A stretch of 64,000 nucleotides of DNA from Eledone cirrhosa (GCA_964016885.1 OZ024747.1:1550001-1614000), one strand, 5' to 3'; numbered from the stretch's first letter, positions 12,877-26,968 are shown. Notes: generated from the sequence alone by a model not told the origin. Program-made: numbers and translations.

Positions 12877-12996
12877 ATGATGGATTTGACAAAGATGTGG
12901 TGTGACTCTCAGATCCCTAAATGTCTGTCTCTTTTGAGCCCTATATGTCAATGTGTGACCCGACTGAAGAACATCTACTCATGGACTCTTTCCAAA
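12877..12996 (+). CDS. Candidate alternative first coding exon of the ASB gene (MMDLTKMWCDSQIPKCLSLLSPICQCVTRLKNIYSWTLSK)
   Basis: 120 nt of unique sequence between simple repeats. The second ATG has ATGATGG context. Donor AAA|GTGAAT is weak but phase 0. Confidence 0.3.
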
Positions 12997-14066
12997 GTGA
13001 ATATTCTACAACTTTCTATTCTTAATCATAATAATTATAATAATAATAATGATAATAATAATGATGATGATGATGATGATGCATTTATTTATTTATTATT
13101 ATTTGTACTTTTAAGGATTTTTTTAGTTTTCCTCTCTGTCTCCGTATTGCTTTCTTCCTCACCCTATCTCTATTGCTGTATTTCTCTATCTCTTTCTTTT
13201 CTTCTCCAGCCCCCCAATATGCTATTTCTTTTATAACCATAGACTGTGGTTTGATTGAGGTTTGACTGCTATTTCTAAAATATCAAGTATGATGTTTTGT
13301 TGAGATGGTGGTGGTGGTGGTGGTGGTGATGGTAGTGGTGTAGTTGTGGTGGTGTTGGTGGTGTTGATCTTGTGGTGTGGTGGTGATGGTAGTGGTGTGG
13401 TGGTGGTGGTGTTGGTGGTGTTGATCATGTGGTGGTGGTGATGGTGGTGGTGTGGTGGTGATGGTAGTGGTGTGGTGGTGTTGGTGGTGTTGATGTGGTG
13501 GTGGTGGTGTGGTGATGGTAGTGGTGTGGTGGTGATGGTGGTGTTGATGTGGTGGTGGTGATGGTGGTGTTGATGCCATTGTGGCAGTGGTGGTGGTGGT
13601 GTTGATGTAGCCACAGTTAATTGTTGATGAAACTAACCAATGTTATATAGGTGGTCAGTTAAACAATGAAAGACAGATCTACCATATACTCATGAAGAGA
13701 GAGAATAGGAGAGAGAGAGGGAGGGAGAGAAAGATACAGAGAGAGAGAGGGGGGGGGCAGCTGTTTGTTTAGATTTGTGATATTAAAAACATGACTATGT
13801 TAAAGTTATATTGTTTTTTATGAGATTGTTTCCATATTTTTTATGAACATTTTGCAGTCTTCGTTAGAAGAAACTTCCTAAATCCATAATCTAGTAATTT
13901 CTGGACTTTCACAGATATTGAGTGATGTTGGCTTATATATAGACACACTAACATATATATAATGGAGGTGTGGTAAGGAACCAGATGGACCATAACACAC
14001 CAGAGTACTCAATACTTAGGGTAGTAGAGTGGGTAATAGGAAAATATTTAACCCCGTGGTTAAATA

Positions 14067-14098
<32 letters not shown>

Positions 14099-16161
14099 GC
14101 TCTCTCTCTCTCTCTATATATATATATAGGTGGATTCCTAGTGAGCACTGTTAAAAGAGGCTCTCGATATGTTAGAGTATAGGCATATTTATTTTGAATG
14201 ACTTCTACAGGACTAGAACTGTTTTGTTCATAAGAAATCATCAGGAAAATCCTGACATTATATATATATATATATATATATACATATATATAGTAATAAT
14301 AATAAATGTGAAGACTAAAATCCAAAATGTATACATACTTTGATTACCTGTACAGGCAATATTTATTCGAATGCTGTTGAAGTGTATATACATTTTTTGG
14401 GACATTCTATATATATATATAACGGCGATGAATTAGTTATGCGAGGTTTCATATTTGTGTAATAATATTGCCAGAATTAATAACAGAACACACTCACTGT
14501 TTGGTTGGTTTTCGCTTCTGTGTCTTTTATATCGGTTAATTTAATTTATTCGGTCCTCAATGTTACCATTGACTGACCAACGGACAAAAATACAGATACA
14601 ATATAGACACAAACACACATATATATAGTCTAACAAAGTTCTTTCGTTGCACATCTGCAACATCGTCAGTGGTGCTATTATGTTTCCTCTCATTGCATTG
14701 TATGCCTACGCCATCGTTATTTAGTCTGTTTATTTATTTATATATATATATATATAACACATATATCTGTGGTAACTCTAACTCCTCAATGTTACTTGGG
14801 CTTAGTGTAATTTTATAAACATCAAATAAATGTATTATTTATAATACCACATTGAATGTTTCCTACAATATAGTCTAATCTAATTATTGTTGTAGAAATC
14901 TGTGTGTGCCACAATTACATACCAACTAACCATTCTACAAAGATCAATTCAATTATTTCTATTTATCAGCAGAATTTTTAGTTTCTTTATATGAAGTGTT
15001 TATAATTGTGCCTGTGGTATTGATAACTCATTTTATTTTTCTAACCTGTTTTAAATTTAACTGAAACAAAAGACAATTTTAAAAATAATATTCAATGATT
15101 GATTTAAATATTTTGAGTATGTTCAATATCATACAAGTCCTATAGTTTATATTGAACAAATACAGTGAGTTGTAGCTATAATTATTTAGTGTGGAGGAGA
15201 TTAATAGAGAATACACTACATTTTTTCTTCCTTAATTTTCAATGCATTTCTGGAGTAAAATCATTTGAAAGACTTTCCTATAGAAGGATCAACAATTTAT
15301 ATAGAATGGGGAAGTAAAAATGCATAGATTTTCATAAGAAATAAACAGCTTATTTTAAGAAATTCCAAGTGCCTTGGCTTTATAGCAAATTCCTGTAATA
15401 TCTTGTGTAATTCTATTTGATGTTCTAAATCAATGAGTTTTAAGGACATGCCCAAGTCAGTGAAGACAACTCTTCTGAAGCCATTGTGTATTTTAAGAAT
15501 GATTAAATTCTGTCCAATGTTGAGAAGCTTATTTTGTTTGTAACCAAAATTTTAGGAACAGTGAGGAAAAGTTAAATTGATCTAATGATGGCAGAGTAGA
15601 AGCTCAGATGATAGTTTTAGGTGGTTTAATAACAAAAGTTATCGAGTCTAAACAGTCTAAAGTCTGTCTTGAGCCAGGAAGCTCATCAGGCCGGTGCTTA
15701 TTTCATGGCATTAACTGAGAGTCCAATACCACCCCCTGGACAGGACGGCAGTCTATCGCAGGCTTCAACTCCCAGCTATTACTGGTACTCATTTGCAGAA
15801 GAGTATACTGGAGCAATATGAAGTGAAGTGTTTTGCTCAAGAACACAACATACAACCCAGTCGAGGAATGAAACCCATGATATTGTGGGGGTAAGTCCAA
15901 CACCCTTACCACTAGGTCAGTCACCTCCACAAAATATTGATGAGATGATAGAGAGCAGATGACACCCCCCTCCCCACAAGACACCCCCTCCACCTCCCTT
16001 CCTAATAACAACAACAATCTCACTAATCTTCTTTACCCCATTACATCTGTTTTACTGACTTTCATTTTGTTCACATACAAGGGGTGGGGGGCATATGTGT
16101 ATCTATGTGTATATATATGTGTATGTGTGTGTACATATTTGTTTCTGTATGTATATAAATT

Positions 16162-16202
<41 letters not shown>

Positions 16203-16444
16203 TGTGCATGTGTGTGTATATATATATGTTGTGCATGTGTGTGTATATATATATGTTGTGCATGTGTGTGTATATATATATGTTGTGCATGTGTGTGTAT
16301 ATATATATGTTGTGCGTGTGTGTGTGTGTGTATATATGTATGTTGTGCGTGTGTGTGTGTGTGTGTATATATGTATGTTGTGCATGTGTGTGTATATATA
16401 TATATATATGTTGTGCATGTGTGTGTATATATATATTGTGCATG

Positions 16445-16479
<35 letters not shown>

Positions 16480-16518
16480 GTATGTTGTGCATGTGTGTAT
16501 ATATATATGTTGTGTGTG

Positions 16519-16580
<62 letters not shown>

Positions 16581-16583
16581 GCT

Positions 16584-16635
<52 letters not shown>

Positions 16636-16959
16636 CTCATGTGAGTAATAATCCATTCTCAAAATCAACCTTATTAATCCCTACACCAGCCTTAGTTGAG
16701 GTTGGGATTAAGGAAATCTACCCTAAAATATACACAGCTGTCTATGTACTTGTCAATCACAGTCTAACACCTTTACATCAAATCCAGTTCGACGTTTGCC
16801 ACTTCTATTCCAGCGGGACATTTCTCAGCGTGTCTCCTCGTTAGACACTATAGGATTCACCCTTCACTCTATTACTGTCACACTCTACCTTCACTCAGTT
16901 TGGACTACACTCATCTCAGTTAAGTTACACTCTACCTTGGATAAGCATTAACTACAACC

Positions 16960-17028
16960 ATGGAAGATGAACAGAATCAATTTGATTGTATTTTAGAATG
17001 TCATAAGCTGTTGTTTCACTTCTTGAAG
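16960..17028 (+). CDS. Candidate alternative first coding exon of the ASB gene (MEDEQNQFDCILECHKLLFHFLK)
   Basis: Kozak-like ACCATGG, in-frame TAA upstream at 16942, 69 nt, donor AAG|GTACGA, phase 0 into GCC ATG at 19295. Confidence 0.45.
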
Positions 17029-17268
17029 GTACGACGTGTGTGTAATGTATAAGTTACCATGTGTGTGTGTGCGTGTCCTCCACCCTTCTTCACCCTGTCA
17101 TACCCAGGACGAGTGTATATAAGTAACCATGTATGTGTCCCCTCCACCCCTCTTTGCCATGCCCACTGACAAACAAAAAGCCACTCCTACCTCTAGATCC
17201 TTTTTATCTTCCCTCAGATGAACACCAGTAATAACCTTATAAAGCTATATATCATGACCTCCATATCA

Positions 17269-17518
17269 CCAGCTATATACCATGATCTTCTCTATAACTC
17301 TCCACCTCGCCAGCTATATACCATGATCTTCTCTATAACTCTCCACCTCGCCAGCTATATACCATGATCTTCTCTATAACTCTCCACCTTACCAGCTATA
17401 TACCATGATCTTCTCTATAACTCTCCACCTCGCCAGCTATATACCATGATCTTCTCTATAACTCTCCACCTCGCCAGCTATATACCATGATCTTCTCTAT
17501 AACTCTCCACCTTACCAG
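17269..17518. repeat. 41-bp minisatellite x6
   Basis: Unit CCAGCTATATACCATGATCTTCTCTATAACTCTCCACCTCG. Confidence 0.95.
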
Positions 17519-18239
17519 GAGACCTCAAGACCATCATTAGAAAGTTGATAGTAAAGCAGGCTTCTTTCAACTTCTCCAAATGATCAACTCACAGTTAAAC
17601 CTGCCCAAAGAAATACTAGGTCTCGCACTCTTTTATGAAATCACTTCATGACCTCTTTTCAAAGAGAACATTGTCATAACTGCATCCAGCAACATGGTCA
17701 TGGTCATTATCATCATCATCACCATTTAACATCCATTTTCCCCATTAGCATGGGTTAGACAAGTTGTCCTCTTGTGAGACAAGTCAAATCAGATGACCGT
17801 GTCTTACTCATACAGAGATATTTCTGACTTGGTTTCTATGGCTGGATGCCCTTTATAATGCCAACCACATTTACAATGTGCTTATTTTTTTGGATTGTTG
17901 TTTATTGTCAAAGTTCTTTTATCACATTCTGTGACCTCCTCAGTGACTAACTTATTATTTTGTGTCTCTTCTTTGTTCTTTCCTACACCATCTTGTTTTT
18001 TGTGAGCAATCTTTTAGTGTTAAACTTAATCTGTTGCATGGTATAATACCATCACCTGACATTTAGATACCTTTAACAGAGTACACTCTGTTTGAAGCAT
18101 TTGGGAGGGCTCTCTGATCTAATGATACTACCTACCACTAGCCCCAGATGCCCTGTAAAAAAAGTCATGGGTGCAACCCTTCTCCCTTTCACTAAGTCAT
18201 AAAAGAATAATTTTTTAAAAGCCCTTTATATTTCTATCT

Positions 18240-19275
18240 CTAAATATTTCCACCTCTCTCTAAACACCTCCACCTCTCTCTAAACACCCCCACCTCTATC
18301 TAAACACCCCCATCTCTCTCTAAACACCTCCACCTCTCTCTAAACACCTCCACCTCTCTCTAAACACCCCCACCTCTATCTAAACACCCCATCTCTCTCT
18401 AAACACCTCCACCTCTCTCTAAACACCTCCACCTCTCTCTAAACACCTCCACCTCTATCTAAACACCTCCACCTCTCTCTAAACACCTCATCTCTCTCTA
18501 AACACCTCCACCTCTCTCTCTAAACACCTCCACCTCTCTCTCTAAACACCCCAATCTCTCTCTAAACACCCCATCTCTAAACACCCCCATATCTCTCTAA
18601 AACCCCCCATCTCTCTCTAAACACCTCCACCTCTCTCTAAACACCCCATATCTCTCTAACACCCCATCTCTCCCTAAACACCTCCACCTCTCCCTAAACA
18701 CCTCCACCTCTTTCTAAACACCCCCATCTCTCTAAACACCCCACCTCTCTCTAAACACCTACACCTCTCTCTAAACACCTACACCTCTCTCTAAACACCT
18801 CATCTCTCTCTAAACACCTCCACCTCTCTCTAAACACCTCCACCTCTCTCTAAACACCCCCATCTCTCTCTAAACACCCCATCTCTCTCTAAACACCTCC
18901 ACCTCTTTCTAAATACCCCCATCTCTCTCTAAACACCCCCACCTCTCTCTAAACACCCCCATCTCTCTCTAAACACCTCCACCTCTCTCTAAACACCTCC
19001 ACCTCTCTCTAAACACCTCCACCTCTCTCTAAACACCCCCACCTCTCTCTAAACACCCCCACCTCTCTCTAAACACCCCCACCTCTCTCTAAACACCCCA
19101 TCTCTCTCTAAACACCTCCACCTCTTTCTAAACACCCACCTCTCTCTCTAAACACCCCCATCTCTCTCTAAACACCCCCACCTCTCTCTAAACACCCCAT
19201 CTCTCTCTAAACACCCCATCTCTCTCTAAACACCCCCATCTCTCTAAACACCCACCTCTCTCTAAACACCTCCAC
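18240..19275. repeat. ~20-bp G-free minisatellite, about 50 copies
   Basis: Unit CTCTCTCTAAACACC(T/C)CCA(C), running into the ASB exon acceptor. Confidence 0.95.
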
Positions 19276-19297
19276 TTCTCTCTCTTCACTGCAGGCC

Positions 19298-19528
19298 ATG
19301 GGAAACTCAAAATGGAGTAAAAATGAAGCAGCTGTACTTGGAATGCCACAACGTGAGCGTCAACTACACCTTGCTGTGATGGGCAATGAAAGAGAGACTG
19401 TACGCAGCCTAATTCTGGAGGGTGCAGATATAAACTACCCTTGGAGTAACCCTACAGTACCTAGTGTTAAGGATAGTACCACACCTCTGTTGGCTGCTGT
19501 CTCACTAAATCATGTTGATATCACCATG
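19298..19528 (+). CDS. Ankyrin repeat and SOCS box (ASB-type) protein, core coding exon 1 (MGNSKW...TPLLAAVSLNHVDITM)
   Basis: Acceptor ttcactgcAG ends at 19294, followed by GCC ATG G. Ankyrin motifs LHLAVMGN...LILEGADIN and TPLLAAV are present. Donor ATG|GTGAGT at 19529, phase 0. Confidence 0.92.
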
Positions 19529-19840
19529 GTGAGTAATGATACTTTTGTTGTTGTTGTGGTGGTGGTGGTGGTGGTGGTGGTGGTGGTGCCGCCGCCGCCG
19601 CCGCCGCCAAAATGTATATGAAGTACAGGAGGTATGATTTATAGAAGAAAGGTAAAACACATTGTTTACAGCAACCCAGTATTATTGGGTGACCCTAGGG
19701 TGATATCAAGGACAAGCCAGTATTACTGGGTGGACAGAAACCTGTTACAGTGTTATTGAGTGTGGGGGGTTGTTGTATATGGTGTTTTGTGGTGTTACTG
19801 ATTAGAAGGGATACTGGTGTCTTCTGGTAGTGTTGGTAAG

Positions 19841-20050
19841 AAGGGAGATAATGGTGTTGTTGTCGGGGCAAGGGAGATAATGGTGTTGTTGTCGGGGCAA
19901 GGGAGATAATGTTGTTGTTGTCGAGGCAAGGGAGATAATGTTGTTGTCGAGGCAAGGGAGATAATGGTGTTGTTGTCGGGGCAAGGGAGATAATGGTGTT
20001 GTTGTCGGGGCAAGGGAGATAATAGTGTTGTTGGTGAAAGGGAGAGAATT
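19841..20050. repeat. 29-bp minisatellite, about 7 copies
   Basis: Unit AAGGGAGATAATGGTGTTGTTGTCGGGGC. Confidence 0.9.
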
Positions 20051-20295
20051 GTGTTGTTGTTAAAAGGGTGATGATGATGTTTTTGGTACAAGAGAGACAA
20101 TTTGGTTTTACTTTGTTGTGAAGTCATTTCTAACTGTACGCTCATAGCCACATAAACATCACCACACCACTACATCATGTCCCCCTCTTTACACACACAC
20201 ACACACCACACCACCGCCACTACCCCCCCCCCCCCACACCACTATACCACGTCCACTACTTTTGCCACTAACTCTCCACTGGCCCTCTATTCCAG

Positions 20296-20537
20296 ATCCT
20301 CCTCAACGCTGGTGCTAATGTCAACCTAGCTGACCGTAATGACTGTACCCCACTCTACAAAGCAGCCTACCATGGCCGTCCTCACTTGGTAGATATTCTA
20401 GTCCAGGCTGGTGCTGATATCAACCATGCTGACAAAGATGGCCAGACACCTCTCTATATCTGTGTACAGAATGCTATAGTACACTCTAGCTTTGCTACAG
20501 TACACAAGTTGCTGACTGCCGGTGCCTCTCTTGATAA
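20296..20537 (+). CDS. ASB-type protein, core coding exon 2 (ankyrin repeats; not in the ORF track)
   Basis: Acceptor ctctattccAG. Reads ILLNAGANVNLADRNDCTPLYKAAYHGRPHLVDILVQAGADINHADKDGQTPLYICVQNA...LLTAGASLD. Donor AA|GTGAGT, phase 2, compatible with both neighbouring exons. Confidence 0.95.
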
Positions 20538-20839
20538 GTGAGTACTTCATCTACCTCTCTCTCTTTTTCTACTTCCCTCTCTCTACCTACCACTCTCTCT
20601 CTACCTCCCTCTCTCTACCTACCACTCTCTCTCTCTCTCTCATTCTACCCCTCTTTCTCTACCTCCCTCTCTCTACCTACCACTCTCTCTCTCTCATTCT
20701 ACCCCTCACTCTCCTTATGTTTGTGTGTTGTGTGATCTGTAGCCATATTCTTTCAACTTCAGTCCCTCTTTGCTGCACATTCTTTTACTATAGCTTTGAG
20801 TTGGCCAATGCCTTGGAAATGTATGGAATGCCATAATAC

Positions 20840-20886
<47 letters not shown>

Positions 20887-21673
20887 CTTGAACAAGGCAT
20901 GGTCTAGTAGTTAATTAATTCATTGTTTTAGGATCGTTTCAGAGGGCAAACTATATATTGATAGACTGACTGTACAGTTCTGCCACTCCATAGTATTAGA
21001 CACAAGATCCATCCAGATAGTTACTTTGAAGTTTATATATTTGAAATAATATATCTCTTTAGCTGTTCAGTACTTCTCTGTTGTTTATGTTACATATGGT
21101 TGAGAAGATGATTAGAACAGAAGATTTACATATAATTAGTTGATATAACGATATATCAGGGACGAAACTTCTGTTTTATCTTTCTATAAGTTATTTCCCT
21201 TGATATCGTATTAAATTATCAATTACTATTGTACAGATAAAATATATATATAGGCACACATGAATATATTCTTTATTTTGTAGTAGTTTCACTAATAAAT
21301 ATATATATGCCGAGTTGGGAGGACTCTTCAGTAGTGTCATAGACATGACAACTTCCTTAATGCTGGTGATTTACAAGATAAACACACCCAGTATACTCTG
21401 TAAAGTGTTTGGTGATAGGAAGGGCATCCAGCTGCGAGAAACTTGCCAAATGTGGGGAAGACTCTTCAACTATACCAAAAACATAACCCTAGTGTTGTTT
21501 CACAATAAAATACACTTGGGAGAGTGTGGGGTCATATATCAAGACCCTGGCCAACCTGAAGATTAAAGTGTTTACTTTAATACTAACCAGAATGTAATGA
21601 CATGTCCAACCCTTGGTAGCATGGAAAACAAATGTTAAATGGTGGTGATGATATATATATATATTTCAGTCTG

Positions 21674-21719
<46 letters not shown>

Positions 21720-21781
21720 GTATGTATATTGGTGCAATGCTTATATATATACCTAATAACCCCTCTCTCCCTCTATTGCAG

Positions 21782-22277
21782 GTGTGACAACTCTGGCAAA
21801 TCCCCACTGAATGTGGCCGCCCACTGGAAACTGAAAGACATGATAAGCATTCTTCTGACAGCACACAGTGATGTGAACATGACTGACAAGCGAGGCCACA
21901 CCCCTCTTTATGTGTGTGTCAGTTCATTGAGCACTGGCCTCTATAAGGAGGACCTCAAGTACCAGGTGCCATGTATCAAGGTGTTGTATTGTGCTGGCTG
22001 TGACATGCTCAACCTGGTTGACTGGCTCAAATGGAAGGGTCCAGGTATCCCGCCTGAGCTGCTCTCTGACAAAGGTGATGAGGCCTTCTTTGAATGGTAC
22101 ACCAGCAGCATCCGTTCACCACACTCCCTCTGCAACTTGTGTCGCAAAGTCATACAACAGACGCTGTGTGCGAACCGCTCGTCACAGGACTATATGAAGC
22201 TGGTCTCCACTTTGCCCCTCCCCCACAAGCTGCGCGTATACCTGTCTCGCAAAATGTTTCACTTACCCACCTCTTGA
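21782..22277 (+). CDS. ASB-type protein, last coding exon (ankyrin repeats + C-terminal SOCS box)
   Basis: Acceptor ctctattgcAG. Ankyrin motifs GKSPLNVAA and DKRGHTPLYVCV. SOCS box with BC-box SLCNLCRKVI and Cul5-box LPLPHKLRVYL. TGA at 22275-22277. The three exons join to 969 nt (322 aa). Confidence 0.95.
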
Positions 22278-22520
22278 TAAATGTGGCCCCCCACCCCATG
22301 TGAGAAAGATGGAGGAGGAATGATTGAGAGAGAGAGATGCCAGGTGGAGTGGTGTGTGGGTGAACAGTAGGGAGGGGGATTATGGTGGTGGTGGTTGGGA
22401 AGAGTTTTGGAGATTATAAGGGGTTAAGATTGGTGTGAGGGCTTGAAAGGGGGGGGGGCAGGCTGGGTAGATTACTTTTTGTTTAGTTTATTTTTCAATT
22501 TTGAATTCTGTGATGCTCAG

Positions 22521-25500
22521 ACACCACCACCACTACACCACCACCACCACCACTACACCACACCACTACACCACACCACTACACCACATCACCACTACAC
22601 CACCACCACCACTACACCACACCACTACACCACACCACTACACCACATCACCACTACACCACCACCACCACTACACCACACCACTACACCACCACCACCA
22701 CTACACCACACCACTACACCACACCACTACACCACATCACCACTACACCACCACCACCACTACACCACACCACCACACTACACCACCACCACCACTACAC
22801 CACAGCACTACACCACACTACTACACCACATCACCACTACACCACCACCACCACTACACCACACCACTACACCACCACACTACACCACTACCACCACTAC
22901 ACCACACCACTACACCACTACACCACACCACCACTACACCACTACACCACCACTACACCACACCACCACTACACCACCACCACCACTACACCACCACCAC
23001 TACTACACCACAACACTACACCACAACCACTACACCACACCACTACTACACCACCACCACTACTACACCACACCACTACACCACAACCACTACACCACAA
23101 CACTACACCACAACCACTACACCACACCACCACTACACCACCACCACCACCACTACTACACCACACCACTACACCACACCACTACTACACCACCACCACT
23201 ACTACACCACCACCACTACACCACCACCACCACCACTACTACACTACACCACCACCACCACCACCACTACTACACCACACCACTACACCACAACCACTAC
23301 TACACCACCACCACTACACCACCACCACCACCACTACACCACACCACTACACCACAACCACTACTACACCACCACCACTACTACACCACCACCACTACAC
23401 TACACCACAACCACTACTACACCACCACCACTACTACACCACTACACCACCACCACTACTACACCACCACCACTACTACACCACACCACTACTACACCAC
23501 CACCACCACTACACTACACCACACCAGCACTAAACCACTACACTACACCACACCACCACCACACCACACCACCACTACACCACCACCACCACTACTACAC
23601 CACCACCACTACTACACCACCACCACTACTACACCACCACCACTACTACACCACACCACCACTACACACACTACACCACACCACCACTACTACACCACAC
23701 CACAACCACACCACCACCACTACTACACCACACCACCACTACACTACACCACACCACCACTACACTACACCACACCACCACTACACCACACCACCACTAC
23801 ACCACCACCACTACTACACCACCACACTACACCACACCACCGCTATTACACCACACCACTACACCACACCACTACACCACAACCACTACACCACACCACC
23901 ACTACACCACACCGCTACTACACCACCACCACAACACCACCACCACTACTACACCACCACCACTACTACACCACACCACCACTACACCACACCGCTACTA
24001 CACCACCACCACTACTACACCACCACCACTACTACACCACCACCACTACTACACCACACCACCACTACACCACACCGCTACTACACCACCACCACTACTA
24101 CACCACCACCACTACTACACCACACCACCACTACACACACTACACCACACCACCACTACTACACCACACCACAACCACACCACCACCACCACTACTACAC
24201 CACACCACCACTACTACACCACACCACCACTACACCACTACACTACACCACACCACCACTACACCACACCACCACTACACCACCACCACTACTACACCAC
24301 CACACTACACCACACCACACCACTACACCACACCACTACACCACAACCACTACACCACACCACCACTACACCACACCGCTACTACACCACCACCACCACC
24401 ACAACACCACCACCACTACTACACCACCACCACTACACTACACTACACAACTACACTACACCACACCACCACTACACCACACCACCACTACACCACACCA
24501 CTACTACACCACCACCACCACTACACCACTACACTACACAACTACACTACACCACACCAACACTACTACACCACTACACTACACCACCACCACTACTACA
24601 CCACACCACCACTACACCACACCGCCACTACACCACACCACCACTACACCACACCACCACACTACACCACACCACCACTACTACACCACTACTACACCAC
24701 TACACCACACCACTATGAAACCAACACCACTACACCACCATTACCTCACTACACCACTATCACACTACAGCTACATCACTACTCTACCACTACTACTACC
24801 ACCACCACCACTACTATTACACTACCACCACCACCACCACTACTACCACTACTACCATCACCACCACTACTACCACCACCACTACTACCACCGCCACTAC
24901 TACTACTACTTCCACCACTACCACTACCACTACTACTACTACCACCACTACCACTACCACCAGCCACAACTACTACACCACCACCGCTACTACCACCACC
25001 ACTACCACAACTACTACCACCCCCACCACCAGTACCACCACCACCATTACCACCACCATTACCACCAACACCACCACCACCACCACTACTACTACCACTA
25101 CTGCTACTACTACCACCACCACCGCTACTACTACTACTACCACCACCACCCCACCACCACTACCACCACCACTACCACTACCACCACCACTACCACCACT
25201 TTCACTACTACCACCACTACTACCACCACCACCAACACTACCACTACTACTACCACCACCACCACCACTACCACTACCACCACCACTACCACCACCGCTA
25301 CTACCACCACCACCACTACCACTCTACCACCACCACCACCTCCACCACCACTCTACCACCACCACCACCACTAGCACTACCACCACTAGCACTACCACCA
25401 CCACCACCACTACCACCACCACCACTACCACCATCACCACTACCACCACCACCACAACCACCACCACCACTACCACCATCACCTCCGCCGCCACTACCAC

Positions 25501-26642
25501 CACCACTACTACCACCACCACCACCACTACCACTACCACCACCACTACCACCACCGCTACTACCACCACCACCACTACCACTCTACCACCACCACCACCT
25601 CCACCACCACTCTACCACCACCACCACCACTAGCACTACCACCACTAGCACTACCACCACCACCACCACTACCACCACCACCACTACCACCATCACCACT
25701 ACCACCACCACCACTACCACCATCACCACTACCACCACCACCTCCACCGCCACTACCACCACCACCACTACCACCACCACCACCACCACTACCACCACCC
25801 CTACCACCACCACCCCTACCACTACCACCACCACCACCACCACTACCACCACCACCACCACCACCACCACTACCACCACCCCTACCACCACCACCCCTAC
25901 CACTACCACCACCACCACCACCACCACCGCCCCTACCACCACCACCCCTACCACCACCACCACCACCACCACCACCACCACCACCACTACCACCACCGCC
26001 ACCACCACCACCACCACTACTACCACCACAACCACCACCACCACCACCACCACTACTACTACTACCACCACCACCACAACCACAACCACCACCACAACCA
26101 CCACCACCACCACCACAACCACCACCACCACCACAACCACCACCACCACCACAACCACCACCACCACTACCACCACAACCACCACCACCACAACCACCAC
26201 CACCACCACCACCCCTACCACCACCACTACCACCACCACCACCACCACCACCACTACTACCACCACAACCACCACCACCACCACCACCACCACCACCACT
26301 ACTACCACCACCACCACCACCACAACCACCACCACCACAACCACCACCACCACTACTACTACCACCACCACCACCACCACCACCACCACTACTACCACCA
26401 CTACTACTACCACCACCACCACCACCACAACCACCACCACCACCACTACTACCACCACCACCACCACTACTACCACCACCACCACTACCACCACCACAAC
26501 TACCACCACAACCACCACCCCTACCACCACCACCACCCCTACCACCACCACCACCACCACCACTACTACTACTACCACCACCACCACCACCACCACCACC
26601 AAAACCACCACCACCACCACCACCACCACCACAGCCACCACT
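22521..26642. repeat. 4.1-kb compound (CAC/CTA/CACAC) simple repeat
   Basis: Almost G-free tract starting ~245 bp after the ASB stop codon. It is the source of the 1409-aa and 957-aa spurious ORFs. Confidence 0.97.
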
Positions 26643-26730
26643 ATGTATGTTATTCCAGATTTTGTTTCTTAGTTTTTAATTTTGTTTATTTCATAAATGT
26701 TACACATGTCACAAGAGTTGTGAACTAAGG

Positions 26731-26968
26731 TGCATCTAGTGACGTGTTACTGCATCTAGTGACGTGTTACTGCATCTAGTGACGTGTTACTGCATCTAGT
26801 GACGTGTTACTGCATCTAGTGACGTGTTACTGCATCTAGTGACGTGTTACTGCATCTAGTGACGTGTTACTGCATCTAGTGACGTGTTACTGCATCTAGT
26901 GACGTGTTACTGCATCTAGTGACGTGTTACTGCATCTTGTGACGTGTTACTGCATCTAGTGACGTGTT
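26731..26968. repeat. 20-bp minisatellite x12
   Basis: Unit TGCATCTAGTGACGTGTTAC, with one internal substitution. Confidence 0.97.

Noticed and set aside
17218-17380. Strong acceptor (ttatcttccctcAG|ATG) suggesting another ASB exon
   Set aside because: The frame runs into the 41-bp minisatellite and terminates, and no suitable donor was found.
22443-26672. 1409-aa and 957-aa His/Thr/Pro-rich ORFs (mucin- or extensin-like)
   Set aside because: Translations of a CAC/CTA simple repeat that cannot encode stops. Several frames and both strands are open, and no splice or domain context supports them.
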